Shown in pieces: positions 26,796-37,818 of a stretch of 64,000 nt of DNA. The position numbers were made by a program, and so were the translations under genes. The notes under the pieces are model-generated. The model was not told the DNA's origin. It saw nothing but the letters and a program-made list of their open reading frames with translations, and did not search any database. Position 1 is the stretch's first letter; the number at the start of each line of letters is the position of its first letter. This stretch comes from Clostridia bacterium (lineage in GTDB: Bacteria; Bacillota; Clostridia; JAAYHZ01), in NCBI GenBank assembly GCA_050950825.1, contig JBMNIH010000002.1, positions 256,001-320,000 on the forward strand. The letters run 5' to 3'.

Positions 26796-29579
26796 ATGGG
26801 AAAAACTAAGAGTGTTTTCTTTCACAAGGACCTTTTGAATATTATCAAAAAAAATGCATGGAACAACGCCGAAGCAAGAAACTCTTTGACGGAAAAAGCG
26901 GCTCCTTGGCTTCACATGTCGGATGACCAATTATGGAATCTGGTATTTTCATCAAGCATAAAAAGAGCCTACCATGTTCTTTCCGACGGATATTGCCCCT
27001 CTTGTCGCTGCGAAGTTCCTTTGTTCAACTGGATTATTGATGTATGGAACCGCCCATACAAGGTTCAGTGTCCGGGATGCAAGGAGTTCTTCCCGAAAAA
27101 CGATTTTTATGCCTTCTATCAATCCGGAATTGATAAAAACGGCCAATTTAACTACGATATTGCCGATCGTTCTTTGCTTATTAACCAAGAAGCAAGAAGT
27201 CCGGATGAAATCCGGTTTGGTGTTGATGACGGAAACGGCTATTCCCGGGACGGTCGTACCTGGATGTTTATTGCTTACTATATGCTTTTCGGGCATTGGA
27301 CTCGGCTTGTCATAGACGGTATTAAAAACTTAGCCAAAGCTTATGCCGCTACAGGTTATCCCGTATATGCAAGGAAAGCTTGCATTTTATTGGATCGAGT
27401 AGCTGATGTTTACCCGGATTTTGATTTCATGACACAAGGGATTATGTATGACCGGAAAAACGTGGACCACGGATATGTTTCCTATTGGTTCGTCTCTTGT
27501 CTTGAAGTTCGTGATTTGGCCATCGCCTATGACATGATTTTTGATGCCGTTAAAAACGACCGACATCTTGTATCTTTTCTTAAACAAAAGTCTGTTGAAT
27601 CAAGCTATCCGGTTACAAAGGATTCGTTCGAAAAGATACAAGAAAACATTGAAACCCGCATTTTTCGCGATGCCCTCCGCAATTCCCATAAGATTAAATC
27701 CAACGTTCCTCAGACCGATATAACCAGGTGCATGGTGGAAACGGTTCTGGAATGGCCAAATAATAAAGAAAAAATTATGGAGCAAATAGCTTCCATCACT
27801 CACCACACCACAGCCGTAGACGGAACAACAGGCGAAAAAGGATTGGTGGTGTACGGATCTCACGCCGTCTGGGGCTACTCCAATTTTATATGGTATTATG
27901 AAAACATGCAGCCGGGGTTCATCGAAGAATTATTGAAAATCCATCCGATCATCAAGGATTCCTATCGATTCTTCATCGATACTTGGTGTCTGCAAAAATA
28001 TTACCCCCGTATCGGTGACACCGGCGCATTTGCACAGCCGGATACCGAATACGCCGTATTATACTACTCCAAAGACTATTACAAGCATTCCTATTTAGAC
28101 CCAAGCATTGAAACGGTGTTGTGGAAGATGTACGAAATCACCCATGACCCGGACTTTGCAAAAATCATATACATCAGCAACGGATATACGGCAAAAGGCG
28201 CTTTCCGATTGGACATAACTCGACCGAATTTATGCAAAGCGGAAAATGCTTTGGAAGAAGTCATACGATGCAGCGGTTATTATCTCGAACAAAAAAGCGT
28301 GAATAAAGAGAATTGGCGTCTTGCTCTCCTCCATTCCGGTGAAGCGGAATACAAGAGGGCTGTGTGGCTTCATTACGACTCCGGCGGATACCACGGCCAT
28401 CATGACGGATTGACGGCGGGATTTTACGCAAAAGGTTTGGACTTGATGCCGGACTTCGGGTACCCTCCCGTACATTTAGGCTGGGATTATGGACGCAACC
28501 CAAAGTTTGCATGGTATCGATCCACAGCCGCTCATAATACGGTATCGGTAGATTGGAATGACCACGCGGCCCATGCAAAGTTTCAATCGGACATGGGAAA
28601 AATTCTTATGTGGAGTATCGGGAAAACATTTAAAGCTATATCCGCCGCTTGTCCCGAAGCCATAGGAGAAAATCGATTTGAAAGAACTCTCTTGCTTTCC
28701 GACATATCGGTAGAGGACTGTTACCTAATCGACGTTTTTCGAATAGAAGGCGGTTCGGAACACGTAAAATTTATGCGCACAACTTTCGGAAAGATAATAG
28801 AACATCCTTTTCATTTAACAGAGTTTGACGGCAGCAAATGGGATCGATACGGTTGCTTGAGGAATTTTAAGTCAGATATACCCTTTGAAGATCATTGGTA
28901 TGTTACGTGGGAAATTGACGATTCCTATTACCGTATGCATGAAGGAGATGTGCCGGTTTATTTAAAATATACCGATCTCAGCGGACCTTCGACAGTGATT
29001 TTATGCGAATCTTGGGTCGATTTGTGGAGAGGTAAAAAAGACAGCAAAGAAACTGACCGGATGGAAGATTGGATACCTACAATAATAACGAAAAAAACCG
29101 GTTCAAACGGTTTTCGCTCCGTGTTTGCTAGCGTCATAGAACCGTTTGAAGGTCGTTCTAATATTCATTCCGTCAAAAGATACGCGGTCTCGGATGCAGA
29201 AGGGAAAAATTCGGAAAATAATATTGCCATTGAAATTCTTTTGGAAAACAATTTGAAAGATTATATCGTTATTTCCGATCAAGAAAACGGAAGCGGCCAA
29301 AACCGACAAGCCTTATTTTCCGTACCTTTTTGGAAATTGGAAACCGATGCTCGAATTTGCATCGTTCGTTACAAAGCGACAATAGAAGGCACCTCGGAAA
29401 GCCTTGAACCGGTATGTATCACCATCATGGACGGAAGCTATGTAACCATGAAAAATCTCAAGGTAAAATGCTTCGGCAGAGCGAACCTTATTGAAGTTCA
29501 CATGAGTGACGGAAAACTCGATTGTAAAATCGACAGCCCGGATGGAAACACCGAGATGCCGGTGGAAATCACCTATTGA
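26796..29579 (+). CDS. Heparinase II/III-family protein with N-terminal CxxC pair
   Basis: HGHHDGL, PDFGYP and WY.STAAHNTV.VD motifs; CPSC...CPGC; track start 26763. Confidence 0.75.
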   Translation: MGKTKSVFFHKDLLNIIKKNAWNNAEARNSLTEKAAPWLHMSDDQLWNLVFSSSIKRAYHVLSDGYCPSCRCEVPLFNWIIDVWNRPYKVQCPGCKEFFPKNDFYAFYQSGIDKNGQFNYDIADRSLLINQEARSPDEIRFGVDDGNGYSRDGRTWMFIAYYMLFGHWTRLVIDGIKNLAKAYAATGYPVYARKACILLDRVADVYPDFDFMTQGIMYDRKNVDHGYVSYWFVSCLEVRDLAIAYDMIFDAVKNDRHLVSFLKQKSVESSYPVTKDSFEKIQENIETRIFRDALRNSHKIKSNVPQTDITRCMVETVLEWPNNKEKIMEQIASITHHTTAVDGTTGEKGLVVYGSHAVWGYSNFIWYYENMQPGFIEELLKIHPIIKDSYRFFIDTWCLQKYYPRIGDTGAFAQPDTEYAVLYYSKDYYKHSYLDPSIETVLWKMYEITHDPDFAKIIYISNGYTAKGAFRLDITRPNLCKAENALEEVIRCSGYYLEQKSVNKENWRLALLHSGEAEYKRAVWLHYDSGGYHGHHDGLTAGFYAKGLDLMPDFGYPPVHLGWDYGRNPKFAWYRSTAAHNTVSVDWNDHAAHAKFQSDMGKILMWSIGKTFKAISAACPEAIGENRFERTLLLSDISVEDCYLIDVFRIEGGSEHVKFMRTTFGKIIEHPFHLTEFDGSKWDRYGCLRNFKSDIPFEDHWYVTWEIDDSYYRMHEGDVPVYLKYTDLSGPSTVILCESWVDLWRGKKDSKETDRMEDWIPTIITKKTGSNGFRSVFASVIEPFEGRSNIHSVKRYAVSDAEGKNSENNIAIEILLENNLKDYIVISDQENGSGQNRQALFSVPFWKLETDARICIVRYKATIEGTSESLEPVCITIMDGSYVTMKNLKVKCFGRANLIEVHMSDGKLDCKIDSPDGNTEMPVEITY

Positions 29580-29810
29580 AAACGTGAATCCGTCATTTCC
29601 CGATTTACTGTTTCGGTTGATAAACCGGTATAATTGTGCAGTAAAAGGAGGTTAGTAAGGGATTTAGTTTGATATTTAATCGGAAAAACAACGGTTAGCA
29701 GGTTATTAAAAGAGTATAAAAAAAAAGAATATTTTTAATATCTTTAACCGAAACCTTAATACATAATTTTTATACTTTTATTTTATACATAAGGCGAAAG
29801 GGAGAATTAG

Positions 29811-30749
29811 ATGAAAGGACAAATTCATCTTAATGGCGAAAAACTGGACGCCATGTTGGGTAATTACTTAAAGTTCGATGTGTCCATTAATCTCCTTGTG
29901 CTCAATGTCTATTTGTTTATTGATCAATTCATCGATGATAAGTTGGATATGAGCAATAACGTAAGACATAACCACAGCAATTTCGAGCTGCAGTTTTTCC
30001 GAGAAGGAAATGCCGTCTTGGAAGTCGGCAACAACCTTCTTCCCGTTTCTCAAAACAGCCTTCTTCTTATTGCCCCCGGTGAATACCACCACCAGAAATT
30101 ATCCGAAAAATATGCTTTAAAGTATTGCCTACGTTTCGACTATATCATCACGGATCGATCGGTAAGTGTAAACAATGTGCCTTGGTGTGCCAAAATCATT
30201 AAAATCCTTACGGAATCACCTTTTCTGCATATAGATAATTGCTTCATACTCCTTGATTATTTAAACCAAATAAAAAGCGAACTTCAAAAAAAAGAATTGT
30301 TATACATCGAAAGAGTACATATTTTATTAACGGATCTTTTTATAAACATCTTTCGGTTGATTATTGATAAGCTCCACGGTCAACAACTTACCGATCAAGA
30401 TGTTGAAAGAGACGACTTGGTTTTAGACCTATTCTTTGAAGAGCTTTATTCACTACCAACGTTAACAGCAGAAGACATGGCAAAGCATATCGGTATCAGC
30501 GTACGACACTTAAATCGTATACTGAAGAAAAACTACAACCTTACGTTCCGGCAGAAACTGATAGCAACACGTATTGAAATTTCCAAAGGACTATTAATGA
30601 GCACGGACTTGTCCATCGAAAAAATTTCCGAGAAAACGGGTTTTTCTACTTCGGAGTATTTTTATAAATGCTTTAAGCGAATCACGGGAATGACTCCCGG
30701 CGAATATCGAAATAAAAGCAGGAAGGAAACGGATAGAAATAAATCATGA
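29811..30749 (+). CDS. AraC-family transcriptional regulator
   Basis: HNHSNFE cupin and C-terminal double HTH (GFSTSEYFYKCFKRITGMTP); RBS GGGAG. Confidence 0.92.
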   Translation: MKGQIHLNGEKLDAMLGNYLKFDVSINLLVLNVYLFIDQFIDDKLDMSNNVRHNHSNFELQFFREGNAVLEVGNNLLPVSQNSLLLIAPGEYHHQKLSEKYALKYCLRFDYIITDRSVSVNNVPWCAKIIKILTESPFLHIDNCFILLDYLNQIKSELQKKELLYIERVHILLTDLFINIFRLIIDKLHGQQLTDQDVERDDLVLDLFFEELYSLPTLTAEDMAKHIGISVRHLNRILKKNYNLTFRQKLIATRIEISKGLLMSTDLSIEKISEKTGFSTSEYFYKCFKRITGMTPGEYRNKSRKETDRNKS

Positions 30750-31325
30750 GAATTTATCTTGAATTTTTAGAAATCCTTCCGGCTTTATCAATAAGTGAAC
30801 TTGCTTCGATACAAAAACTGCCGTTACCGGGTTACGATTGAAATCCGAAGAATATGCCAAGAATCAGGTTCGATGATAAAGACAGACCGAATGTTAAAAT
30901 TTTGGTAGTACTATGCGAAAGCAAACCTGTAGACTTTTTGCAAGTAAACTAAATCTACTATTACAACAAGGTATTCCTAAAAGTCGATTTCATCGCCGTT
31001 TTGCCTGGGTTTAGAAAAAGCGGATTGGGATTGGTTTTGCTAAGATATTTAAAACGGTTATTGTCCGACCCGATACCCGGTCATAAGTACATGGGAATGA
31101 TCGGATTGACGGAAGTCGAGAATTCGTTAGATCCATTTTCCTAAAAACGCCTTCTTCTATACTCAAAACTAGGAGCACAAATACATCGAGATTTAGTAAA
31201 TAAAACACCGGATTATCCCGATGCTTATGTTGTTTTTTACCCTGCTTCGAAGTCCTATTCCGACATTTCCACACCGGTTCTTGCATGGCAAATATGGAGA
31301 ATTTCACAGTATACGATAAAGCAAC

Positions 31326-32984
31326 TCAAAGAATATGTCGTTGATTTTGATTACAAGCATGTAAGAGCGGAATGGCAAAATATAAATAGCAATGAAAAAT
31401 CGGCATGATCTTTGATCGTTGCAATTTATAATAATCGATTAATTCATCGATATGTTTTTTGTATTCTTCCAACAAGTCGGCTTGATCGAGCATTTCTCTT
31501 AAGTCGTTCTTGATCCGGTCGGCCGTAACCCGGCTTTCCGGATCCTCTAGAAAATGATCCAAAACGGATTGTAAGTATTCGGTACGCTTTTGCATACTTC
31601 GCCTTTGGTTATCTGTCAGTTTCAATAAATCAAATGCATCTTTGTTCTGCACGGATACAATCGCCTTGTATAACGGTGGGAATTCGGCTTTCTTGGCTAG
31701 GTTTTTGTATTCGTCTGTCCGGTCAAAGGCTTGGTTGTTGAAAGGAAATAACCGGTTCGAAAAATTGGCAATTAAATTGTGAAACAGGTATACGGTTAGC
31801 CCGTCTTTATTATAAGTGATGATATCATTAACAAAACGATAACCGGAAAGCACCCCTTTATCCGTACCGAAAGTTAATAAATCCGCGACTTCTTCATCGG
31901 TAAACAGCCAATTGACAAAACTTAATGCTTTTTCAGGTTGGTTACATGTATAGGGTACAAAAATCGGTTGAATGCTCAAAATATTTCTATAAACGGTGTT
32001 TTCCATATCAATCATAATCGGAGAATAATGATTCATGGTATGATCGTCGTCGAATTCCGATAAATAAAGGCATCTTCGTATTTCATTAAAAAGATAATCG
32101 TCTAGCCACATGGATACTTCATTATTTGTATATTTGGAAACCGTTGTTGGCCACGAATGAGTAAAATAGGATTTTTTGAAGAAAGGTTCGAAAAGCTCCA
32201 TGTAAATGTCAAGAATTTCGGTATCTTCGATAAAATAGGGCTTGCAGTTTTCATCCTCCAACTTGTAAACCACCTGAAAATCATCTATTAAGTTCCTTGG
32301 GGAAGTTGTCAACGGGTAATAACCCGCTTTTATCGTTGCGACTCTTAAAAGATCTTGGGGATAAACCGATATTTTCACGGTTTTTACCGGATCTTTGTCG
32401 CTATTTATCCGTTCCAATAGCGCAAAAAGCATGTCAAAATTTTTGATGTATTGAATTTGATATGTATCCTTTAACTCATTCTTAACCATTAAGACCAAGT
32501 GGCTGATATCCGGTACTCCGGCATACAAAGCATACAGATCCTCCCCTCTTTTGAAAATGCTCATGATTTCGTCGAATTCCGGCATGTTGGCATAGACATC
32601 GGGGCAATAACTAATATACGGTGTTAAGTTCATATAATAAGATTTCTGAACCCATTCTTCCTGCCAATATATCCGAGCCTCGTTTAATGACCAAATTTTT
32701 GACGGAAAAATCAAATCGAAACTTAATCCGGATTCAAGATAAGTTAAATACTCGTTTTTACTCGGGTCATTTACGGGGTCGGTTATGAATTCCACGGGAA
32801 ATCCGAATTGTTTTTCGCTTAAATACCCGATCTCGTAAAGAAGATTATAGAAACGGTGTAGATTAATCCACGCATAGGAATTAGTTATAGAAAATCCGAA
32901 ATCGGTTTCTTGGCTGTGTATAAGAACCTTTAACGGCCGGTTATCAAAAACGTTGTCCTCATTAAGAGGAAGAACTTTTTTCAT
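31326..32984 (-). CDS. Divergent solute-binding-protein-like protein lacking a signal peptide (possibly degenerate)
   Basis: NLTPYI...PD, LYAL, CNQPEKALSFVNWL...LL.FG pattern resembling clostridial sugar SBPs. Confidence 0.55.
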   Translation of the reverse strand: MKKVLPLNEDNVFDNRPLKVLIHSQETDFGFSITNSYAWINLHRFYNLLYEIGYLSEKQFGFPVEFITDPVNDPSKNEYLTYLESGLSFDLIFPSKIWSLNEARIYWQEEWVQKSYYMNLTPYISYCPDVYANMPEFDEIMSIFKRGEDLYALYAGVPDISHLVLMVKNELKDTYQIQYIKNFDMLFALLERINSDKDPVKTVKISVYPQDLLRVATIKAGYYPLTTSPRNLIDDFQVVYKLEDENCKPYFIEDTEILDIYMELFEPFFKKSYFTHSWPTTVSKYTNNEVSMWLDDYLFNEIRRCLYLSEFDDDHTMNHYSPIMIDMENTVYRNILSIQPIFVPYTCNQPEKALSFVNWLFTDEEVADLLTFGTDKGVLSGYRFVNDIITYNKDGLTVYLFHNLIANFSNRLFPFNNQAFDRTDEYKNLAKKAEFPPLYKAIVSVQNKDAFDLLKLTDNQRRSMQKRTEYLQSVLDHFLEDPESRVTADRIKNDLREMLDQADLLEEYKKHIDELIDYYKLQRSKIMPIFHCYLYFAIPLLHACNQNQRHIL

Positions 32985-33032
32985 CTCAATTCCCTTTTAT
33001 TCCGTCATCGGACATTATGAACTTCTCCGTCA

Positions 33033-34625
33033 TTACTTAAATACCCATATTGCATCCTGCAAAGCATCGACAAATTCTTGGTAATAGGATTCGCTAAAAA
33101 TCTCTTTAGCTTTGATCACATTATCGATACTTATATTCGGATGCATGTATTGAGCAACGGTGTAACGGTCTCGAGCCGACGGAAACAAATCGTTGTAATA
33201 ATCTCTCGTTTCATATTTATATTGACCCTGATACTTTAATCTTGCCTCCGCCAATTTTTCATTATGGATTTCGATTTTCGAGAGGTTTTGAAGCATTTTT
33301 TTACTCAGTTCATTCAACACGAGATTTTTGTATTTAATTTCCTTTAAATAATTGATCTCATTTTTATCTTTCACGAATTGGTTTTCAACCCATGCAAAGG
33401 AGTCTCCCGTCCCGATAGGAAACAAGAAAACGGTATCATCGGTGCGGGTGATGACATTTTTTTGATTGTCAAATGAATAATGAACGTCTTCCATGCCGAA
33501 TGCAACCAGTTTTCGCGCTTCGGTTTTTTCGAAAAGCCAATCGATAAAGGCGACGGCTTTTTCTTTTTCCGTACAACGATTGCTGACGACGAAGTACCGA
33601 AAAGAGCTCAATTGCATATCATAATCGAAATTGCTCGTATTGTTGATCAAGTGAAATATCTTGTAGTCTTCCGGGTTTACATCCGGAATAATGCTTGTAA
33701 GACAAGCGTTAAACTCTTGAAAGTCAGGAATTAGTTGGTACGTCCGGATACCGCGCTTTTCAAAATCTTCTTTCATGATAATTACGGCATTAAGAATATC
33801 GGTTTTATCGATACGATAAAGTATTAAATCGGGGTCGTCTTTTTTTAGAAGATAAGTGTAAGGAGGAGATAGAACGTTGTAATACCCTTCATGATCGACG
33901 ATCATTTGCATGCATAAACTGCTTTCAACGAATATTTTCTTATCATCGCCTTCGATATCCGACGTTAAATCCATACAAACATCTAACGCCTCGTAATAGG
34001 TCGTGATTGACTGCAAATCGTATTTTTCGCAAAGCTCCTTTTTCACAAGAAGTATCGGCAGCATGGGAAGAGAAAATTCCGACATCATGATTCCGTATAT
34101 CCTTCCGTCGATCATTGAGAATTCTTTGAAAGCCGGATAAGAGTGATAAAAAGCATAGGTATACGGCGCATGATGATAAATCAAATCGGTAAGGTCCGCG
34201 ATCACCTCATTTTGCACGAGTTTGTATAAGTTATCTATAATGACATCGGATCCATAGAGGCCGTTTGCCTGAAAAATGTCCGGTGCGTCTCCCGAATCGA
34301 TCAACAGCTTTAAAAAGTCTGAATATCTTTTATTCGGATCGGTAAATACGAATTCGACGGTAATACCTAACGCATTCCGGCTTAAAATATTCAGCTCATC
34401 GATGATCATATCGACGCTTTCCTTTTGCCTATCCGTTAAAATTCGATCGCATAAAACCGTAAATCGGGTATCGAAATTCGCAGCAGGTTCCGCCTTTTCT
34501 CCTGCTTTTGTCGTTTCGGTTTTTAATTCCGTTACGGAAGATTCATTCGCCGGAAGATTCGCATCTTATCCTGCACTGCATCCGGTCAAATAAAGAATCA
34601 AGAAAATCAATAAGACCTTTTTCAT
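33033..34625 (-). pseudogene. Divergent SBP-like lipoprotein with nonsense codon after the lipobox
   Basis: RBS AAGGAGG, then MKKVLLIFLILYLTGCSAG*DANL... TAA at 34566-34568 is in frame with ORF 33033-34409 (SGDAPDI, ADLTDLI, IDGRIYGI, EKAVAFIDWL, FGMEDVHY). Confidence 0.8.
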
Positions 34626-34997
34626 AAAGCCTCCTTATGAATAACATAATTTGGTTTTAATCGGTTTTCAATGATTTTCAAAGACTATGAAAACCAATAT
34701 AATAAATCAAAGAAACCCAAAAAGAAAAGAAGTATACGAATTTTCACTAGATCTCGGCATTCTTATTTTTCCGCTCGTTAACAAAAAGCACGTACATCGA
34801 AGTCATATTATTACAAATAAGGGAAACACACTACCACACATATACATTATATAACAAAATAAAAAATTGTAAATATATCTGTTTTGTTTATATAATTTAT
34901 ATATTCTATAAAAATATCAAAGTCCTACAACCGTGTTATGCAGGTTTTCGGACTTTGATAATTCCAAAATGGATTGTGTTTTGCTTCGACTCTTCTT

Positions 34998-35651
34998 TTA
35001 TCTACGCTTTCCTCGCTTTTTTACATCTTCTCGGATTGCCGAAAAGCAAGCATCGTCGACGGTTCCCTTCTCGCGGAATGTTGTGATCGTACTTTCCATA
35101 ACCTTGAAATTTAACGTTGTTCCCTCACTGTCGGCAAGGTAATCTAAGGCTCTGTCCGATGAGATTCCGAAATTACCTGCGGTTTGCACCGCATCCATAT
35201 TGGCACCTAAGAAAATAAACTCCCAGCCGAATCTTTCTTTTTGCCTTTCAATCAGAGCTTTAATCTTTTCGATGGAGTATTCTCGGCTTGAATTCTCTTG
35301 TCCGTCGGTAATGATCACAAACAACACCTTTTCCGCACGATAGTCTTCCGCCGTGTGTTTTTGTACGTTACCGATTTTTTCAATGGTAAATCCTATGGCA
35401 TCCAAAAGTGCCGTCGAACCGCCTACCGTGTACTCGTTTTCCGTTATGGGGCTAACCGCTTTAATATCAATTCGATCATGAAGCAGTTCATAGCCGTGAT
35501 TAAAAAGCACCGTGGTAATACGGCAGTCCCCTTCGATTGCCTTCTGTTTAATCAGCATGGAATTGTATCCGCCGATGGTGTCCGATTCCAATCCGCTCAT
35601 TGATCCGCTTTTGTCAAGTATAAATACCAGCTCGGTTAATCCTTTTTTCAT
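34998..35651 (-). CDS. vWA domain protein
   Basis: MIDAS DKSGS, T(ALLDAIG), ITDGQENSS and FLGAN; RBS GGAGG before ATG 35651 (track start 35666). Confidence 0.9.
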   Translation of the reverse strand: MKKGLTELVFILDKSGSMSGLESDTIGGYNSMLIKQKAIEGDCRITTVLFNHGYELLHDRIDIKAVSPITENEYTVGGSTALLDAIGFTIEKIGNVQKHTAEDYRAEKVLFVIITDGQENSSREYSIEKIKALIERQKERFGWEFIFLGANMDAVQTAGNFGISSDRALDYLADSEGTTLNFKVMESTITTFREKGTVDDACFSAIREDVKKRGKRR

Positions 35652-35710
35652 TTTCACAACCTCCAATGATTAATTTCAAACTCAGAATACCGCTTTGCAA
35701 AGAGGTTGTG

Positions 35711-35727
35711 GTCGCTTTAAAAGCGAC
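35711..35727. promoter_or_regulatory. Palindromic operator candidate upstream of vWA gene
   Basis: GTCGCTTT-A-AAAGCGAC, perfect 8-bp arms, no U-tract. Confidence 0.55.
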
Positions 35728-35749
35728 AAATTTCTTCATTGTGATGTTT

Positions 35750-36781
35750 CTATCCGCCTAAAAGCGGCTGGTCATATGCAAACAAAACCTCGTTAATTCG
35801 GAAGATATCGTAAATGCCGTTTGCAATAAAGTATTCTACGATAACGTCGAACTTGACAGCCTTTGAAAGAGCATAACCTGCTCGTTTTAAAAAAGCATCG
35901 GTTTCATCGAGGTTCAATTTCAATGCTACCGCAAGAGCAATGACGGTACGTTTACTAGGCACATAGCTTTTATTGCTCCTTATTTTCGAAAACAATTTGC
36001 GATCAAGGTTCGCTCGTTTATATACTTCCACATCCGTCATTCCTTTTGCATCAATCAAACGAAAAAGCATTCGGGAAAAGGGCTCATCCAAGTTTCCGAT
36101 CAAATCCTCAAGCCGGTCGGCAATCATGGGAGCCAAGGAAATCGAGTCTCGTAAAATCGCGTCCTTATATTCTTCCTTCATTTCGTCCGCACGAGTTAAG
36201 GCTTCCCATTCCGTTTCAAGGACTTTTCGTCTCTTGGCTTTTTTTGAATCGACGTAATGATCGTCTATGTAGCTTTCTACGGCGCCTAACAATTCACGGC
36301 TTATGATAAAGGAGGATTTATCGAATACCGCCAATGTGACATCCATATCGTGATCTTGTAGGAAATCTTGAATGGCAGAAGTCGCCACCTTTAATGCTTC
36401 GTCTTTCGGATAGCCGTAGATTCCGCTTGAGATCAAGGGAAAAGCAATACTTTCGCAATTGTTTTTATAAGCTAACTCTAATGAATTTAAAAACGCGGCT
36501 CGAAGCTCTTTTTCGTTTTTATCCTTGTTTCTTTCCGAATAGACGGGCCCTGCCGTATGGATGATATACTTGGCAGGCAGATTAAATCCCGGAGTAATAA
36601 CCGCTTCACCGGTCTTAATCGGGGCCAATTTATCGCAAGCGGCCTGAAGCGGCTCCGCCCCCGCCGCATGAAATATGGCTCCGCAAACACCGCCTCCTTG
36701 TTTCAATTCGGTATTTGCGGCATTCACAATTGCATCTACTTTCATCTTTGTGATGTCTTGTCTTATGATGGTAAAAGGCAT
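35750..36781 (-). CDS. Macro domain (ADP-ribose-binding) protein with C-terminal XRE-like HTH
   Basis: DIT, AIVNAAN, GGGVCGAIF and FPLISSGIYGYP macro motifs; C-terminal EVYKRANLDRKLFSKIR HTH-like segment. Confidence 0.9.
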   Translation of the reverse strand: MPFTIIRQDITKMKVDAIVNAANTELKQGGGVCGAIFHAAGAEPLQAACDKLAPIKTGEAVITPGFNLPAKYIIHTAGPVYSERNKDKNEKELRAAFLNSLELAYKNNCESIAFPLISSGIYGYPKDEALKVATSAIQDFLQDHDMDVTLAVFDKSSFIISRELLGAVESYIDDHYVDSKKAKRRKVLETEWEALTRADEMKEEYKDAILRDSISLAPMIADRLEDLIGNLDEPFSRMLFRLIDAKGMTDVEVYKRANLDRKLFSKIRSNKSYVPSKRTVIALAVALKLNLDETDAFLKRAGYALSKAVKFDVIVEYFIANGIYDIFRINEVLFAYDQPLLGG

Positions 36782-37055
36782 TCGGATTCACCTCCGCCGA
36801 AATTATTCAAAAAAACTTTTGGCATAACCGTTATTATCCCTTCACTATCCATCGTATACAAATTATTCAATAAACGCAATTGATCGTATGCAAAAAACTT
36901 GTTTTCCTTTTACTAGCATTTATATTATTAATACGAAATTATCTATATACGTTTTATGCATTGACGATAAATATTATTAAGAATATACTATGCAAATAGA
37001 GAGGTCCTGTGTAAAACACGGAACAAACTATTTTATAGGGGAAAGTGATTTTTGT

Positions 37056-37757
37056 ATGTATAAAAGATTTTTGGTTTTTTTATTTCTCTTCCTTTTCGTA
37101 TCGGGACTTACGGCATGCCAAAACACGGAACAGCTTCCTCCCGTCTCTTCGGAATCGGAATCGGAATCCGTTTCCGAACCCGAACAATCGCAATCGGAAG
37201 AATCGCCTTTGAGCCTATACAAATCGGTTTTATTAAACGATATTCCTTTTTTCAGTGACAATCGAGAGCTGTTCATCTCCGAGATTAGCCGGGTCGTAAG
37301 CGAAGACAGCAGCGTGAAAGCAAAAGCGACAAAATTTGCGTTGATCGACCTTGACAAAGACGGAGCTTTGGAAATCATCCTTTGGCTGGTCGTAAATGAC
37401 AACGACGATTTCGGGTTTGAAATATTACGCCGTAAAGACGATAAGGTCTTAGGCTACACCTTGTGGTATCGCGCCTTTATGGAATTAAAAGAAGACGGAA
37501 CCTTCTCCTTTTCCGGCGGTGCAGCGGATTTCGGATACGGTACCATTGCTTTCACGGAAGACGGTTACGAGGTAAACAAAATATCCTACAGCGAGTCTTC
37601 CTTTGATTCCGACAACAATCAAACCGTCTCCTATTTCGTTAACCAAAAGAAAGCGTCAAATGAAGACTTTCTGGCAGCTATTGACGAGCAAAGCAATAAA
37701 AAGGATGTCGTTTGGTATGATTTTTCGGAGGAAAACATAAAGACTCATATCCGATAA
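37056..37757 (+). CDS. Hypothetical lipoprotein
   Basis: Lipobox LTAC, Ser/Glu repeat linker, DLDKDG..E Ca-binding-like loop; track start 36990. Confidence 0.75.
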   Translation: MYKRFLVFLFLFLFVSGLTACQNTEQLPPVSSESESESVSEPEQSQSEESPLSLYKSVLLNDIPFFSDNRELFISEISRVVSEDSSVKAKATKFALIDLDKDGALEIILWLVVNDNDDFGFEILRRKDDKVLGYTLWYRAFMELKEDGTFSFSGGAADFGYGTIAFTEDGYEVNKISYSESSFDSDNNQTVSYFVNQKKASNEDFLAAIDEQSNKKDVVWYDFSEENIKTHIR

Positions 37758-37818
37758 GAGTTCTTTCGACGAACGAAGCTTCTAAACCGTTTAAACCGTT
37801 TTTTCTACCGTGATTCGC

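Noticed and set aside
30780-31310. 98-aa ORF 31011-31307 and surrounding sequence
   Set aside because: No RBS or recognisable motif; probably decayed coding DNA that I cannot assign.
34566-34568. In-frame stops (also 23379 and 56811) as stop-codon recoding or selenocysteine
   Set aside because: Mixed TAA/TGA, accompanied by frameshifts or deletions in two cases; TAA, TGA and TAG all terminate normal genes here.
37147-37200. TCGGAA tandem repeats as a contingency locus
   Set aside because: In-frame hexamers encoding a Ser-Glu linker; length change would not shift the frame.
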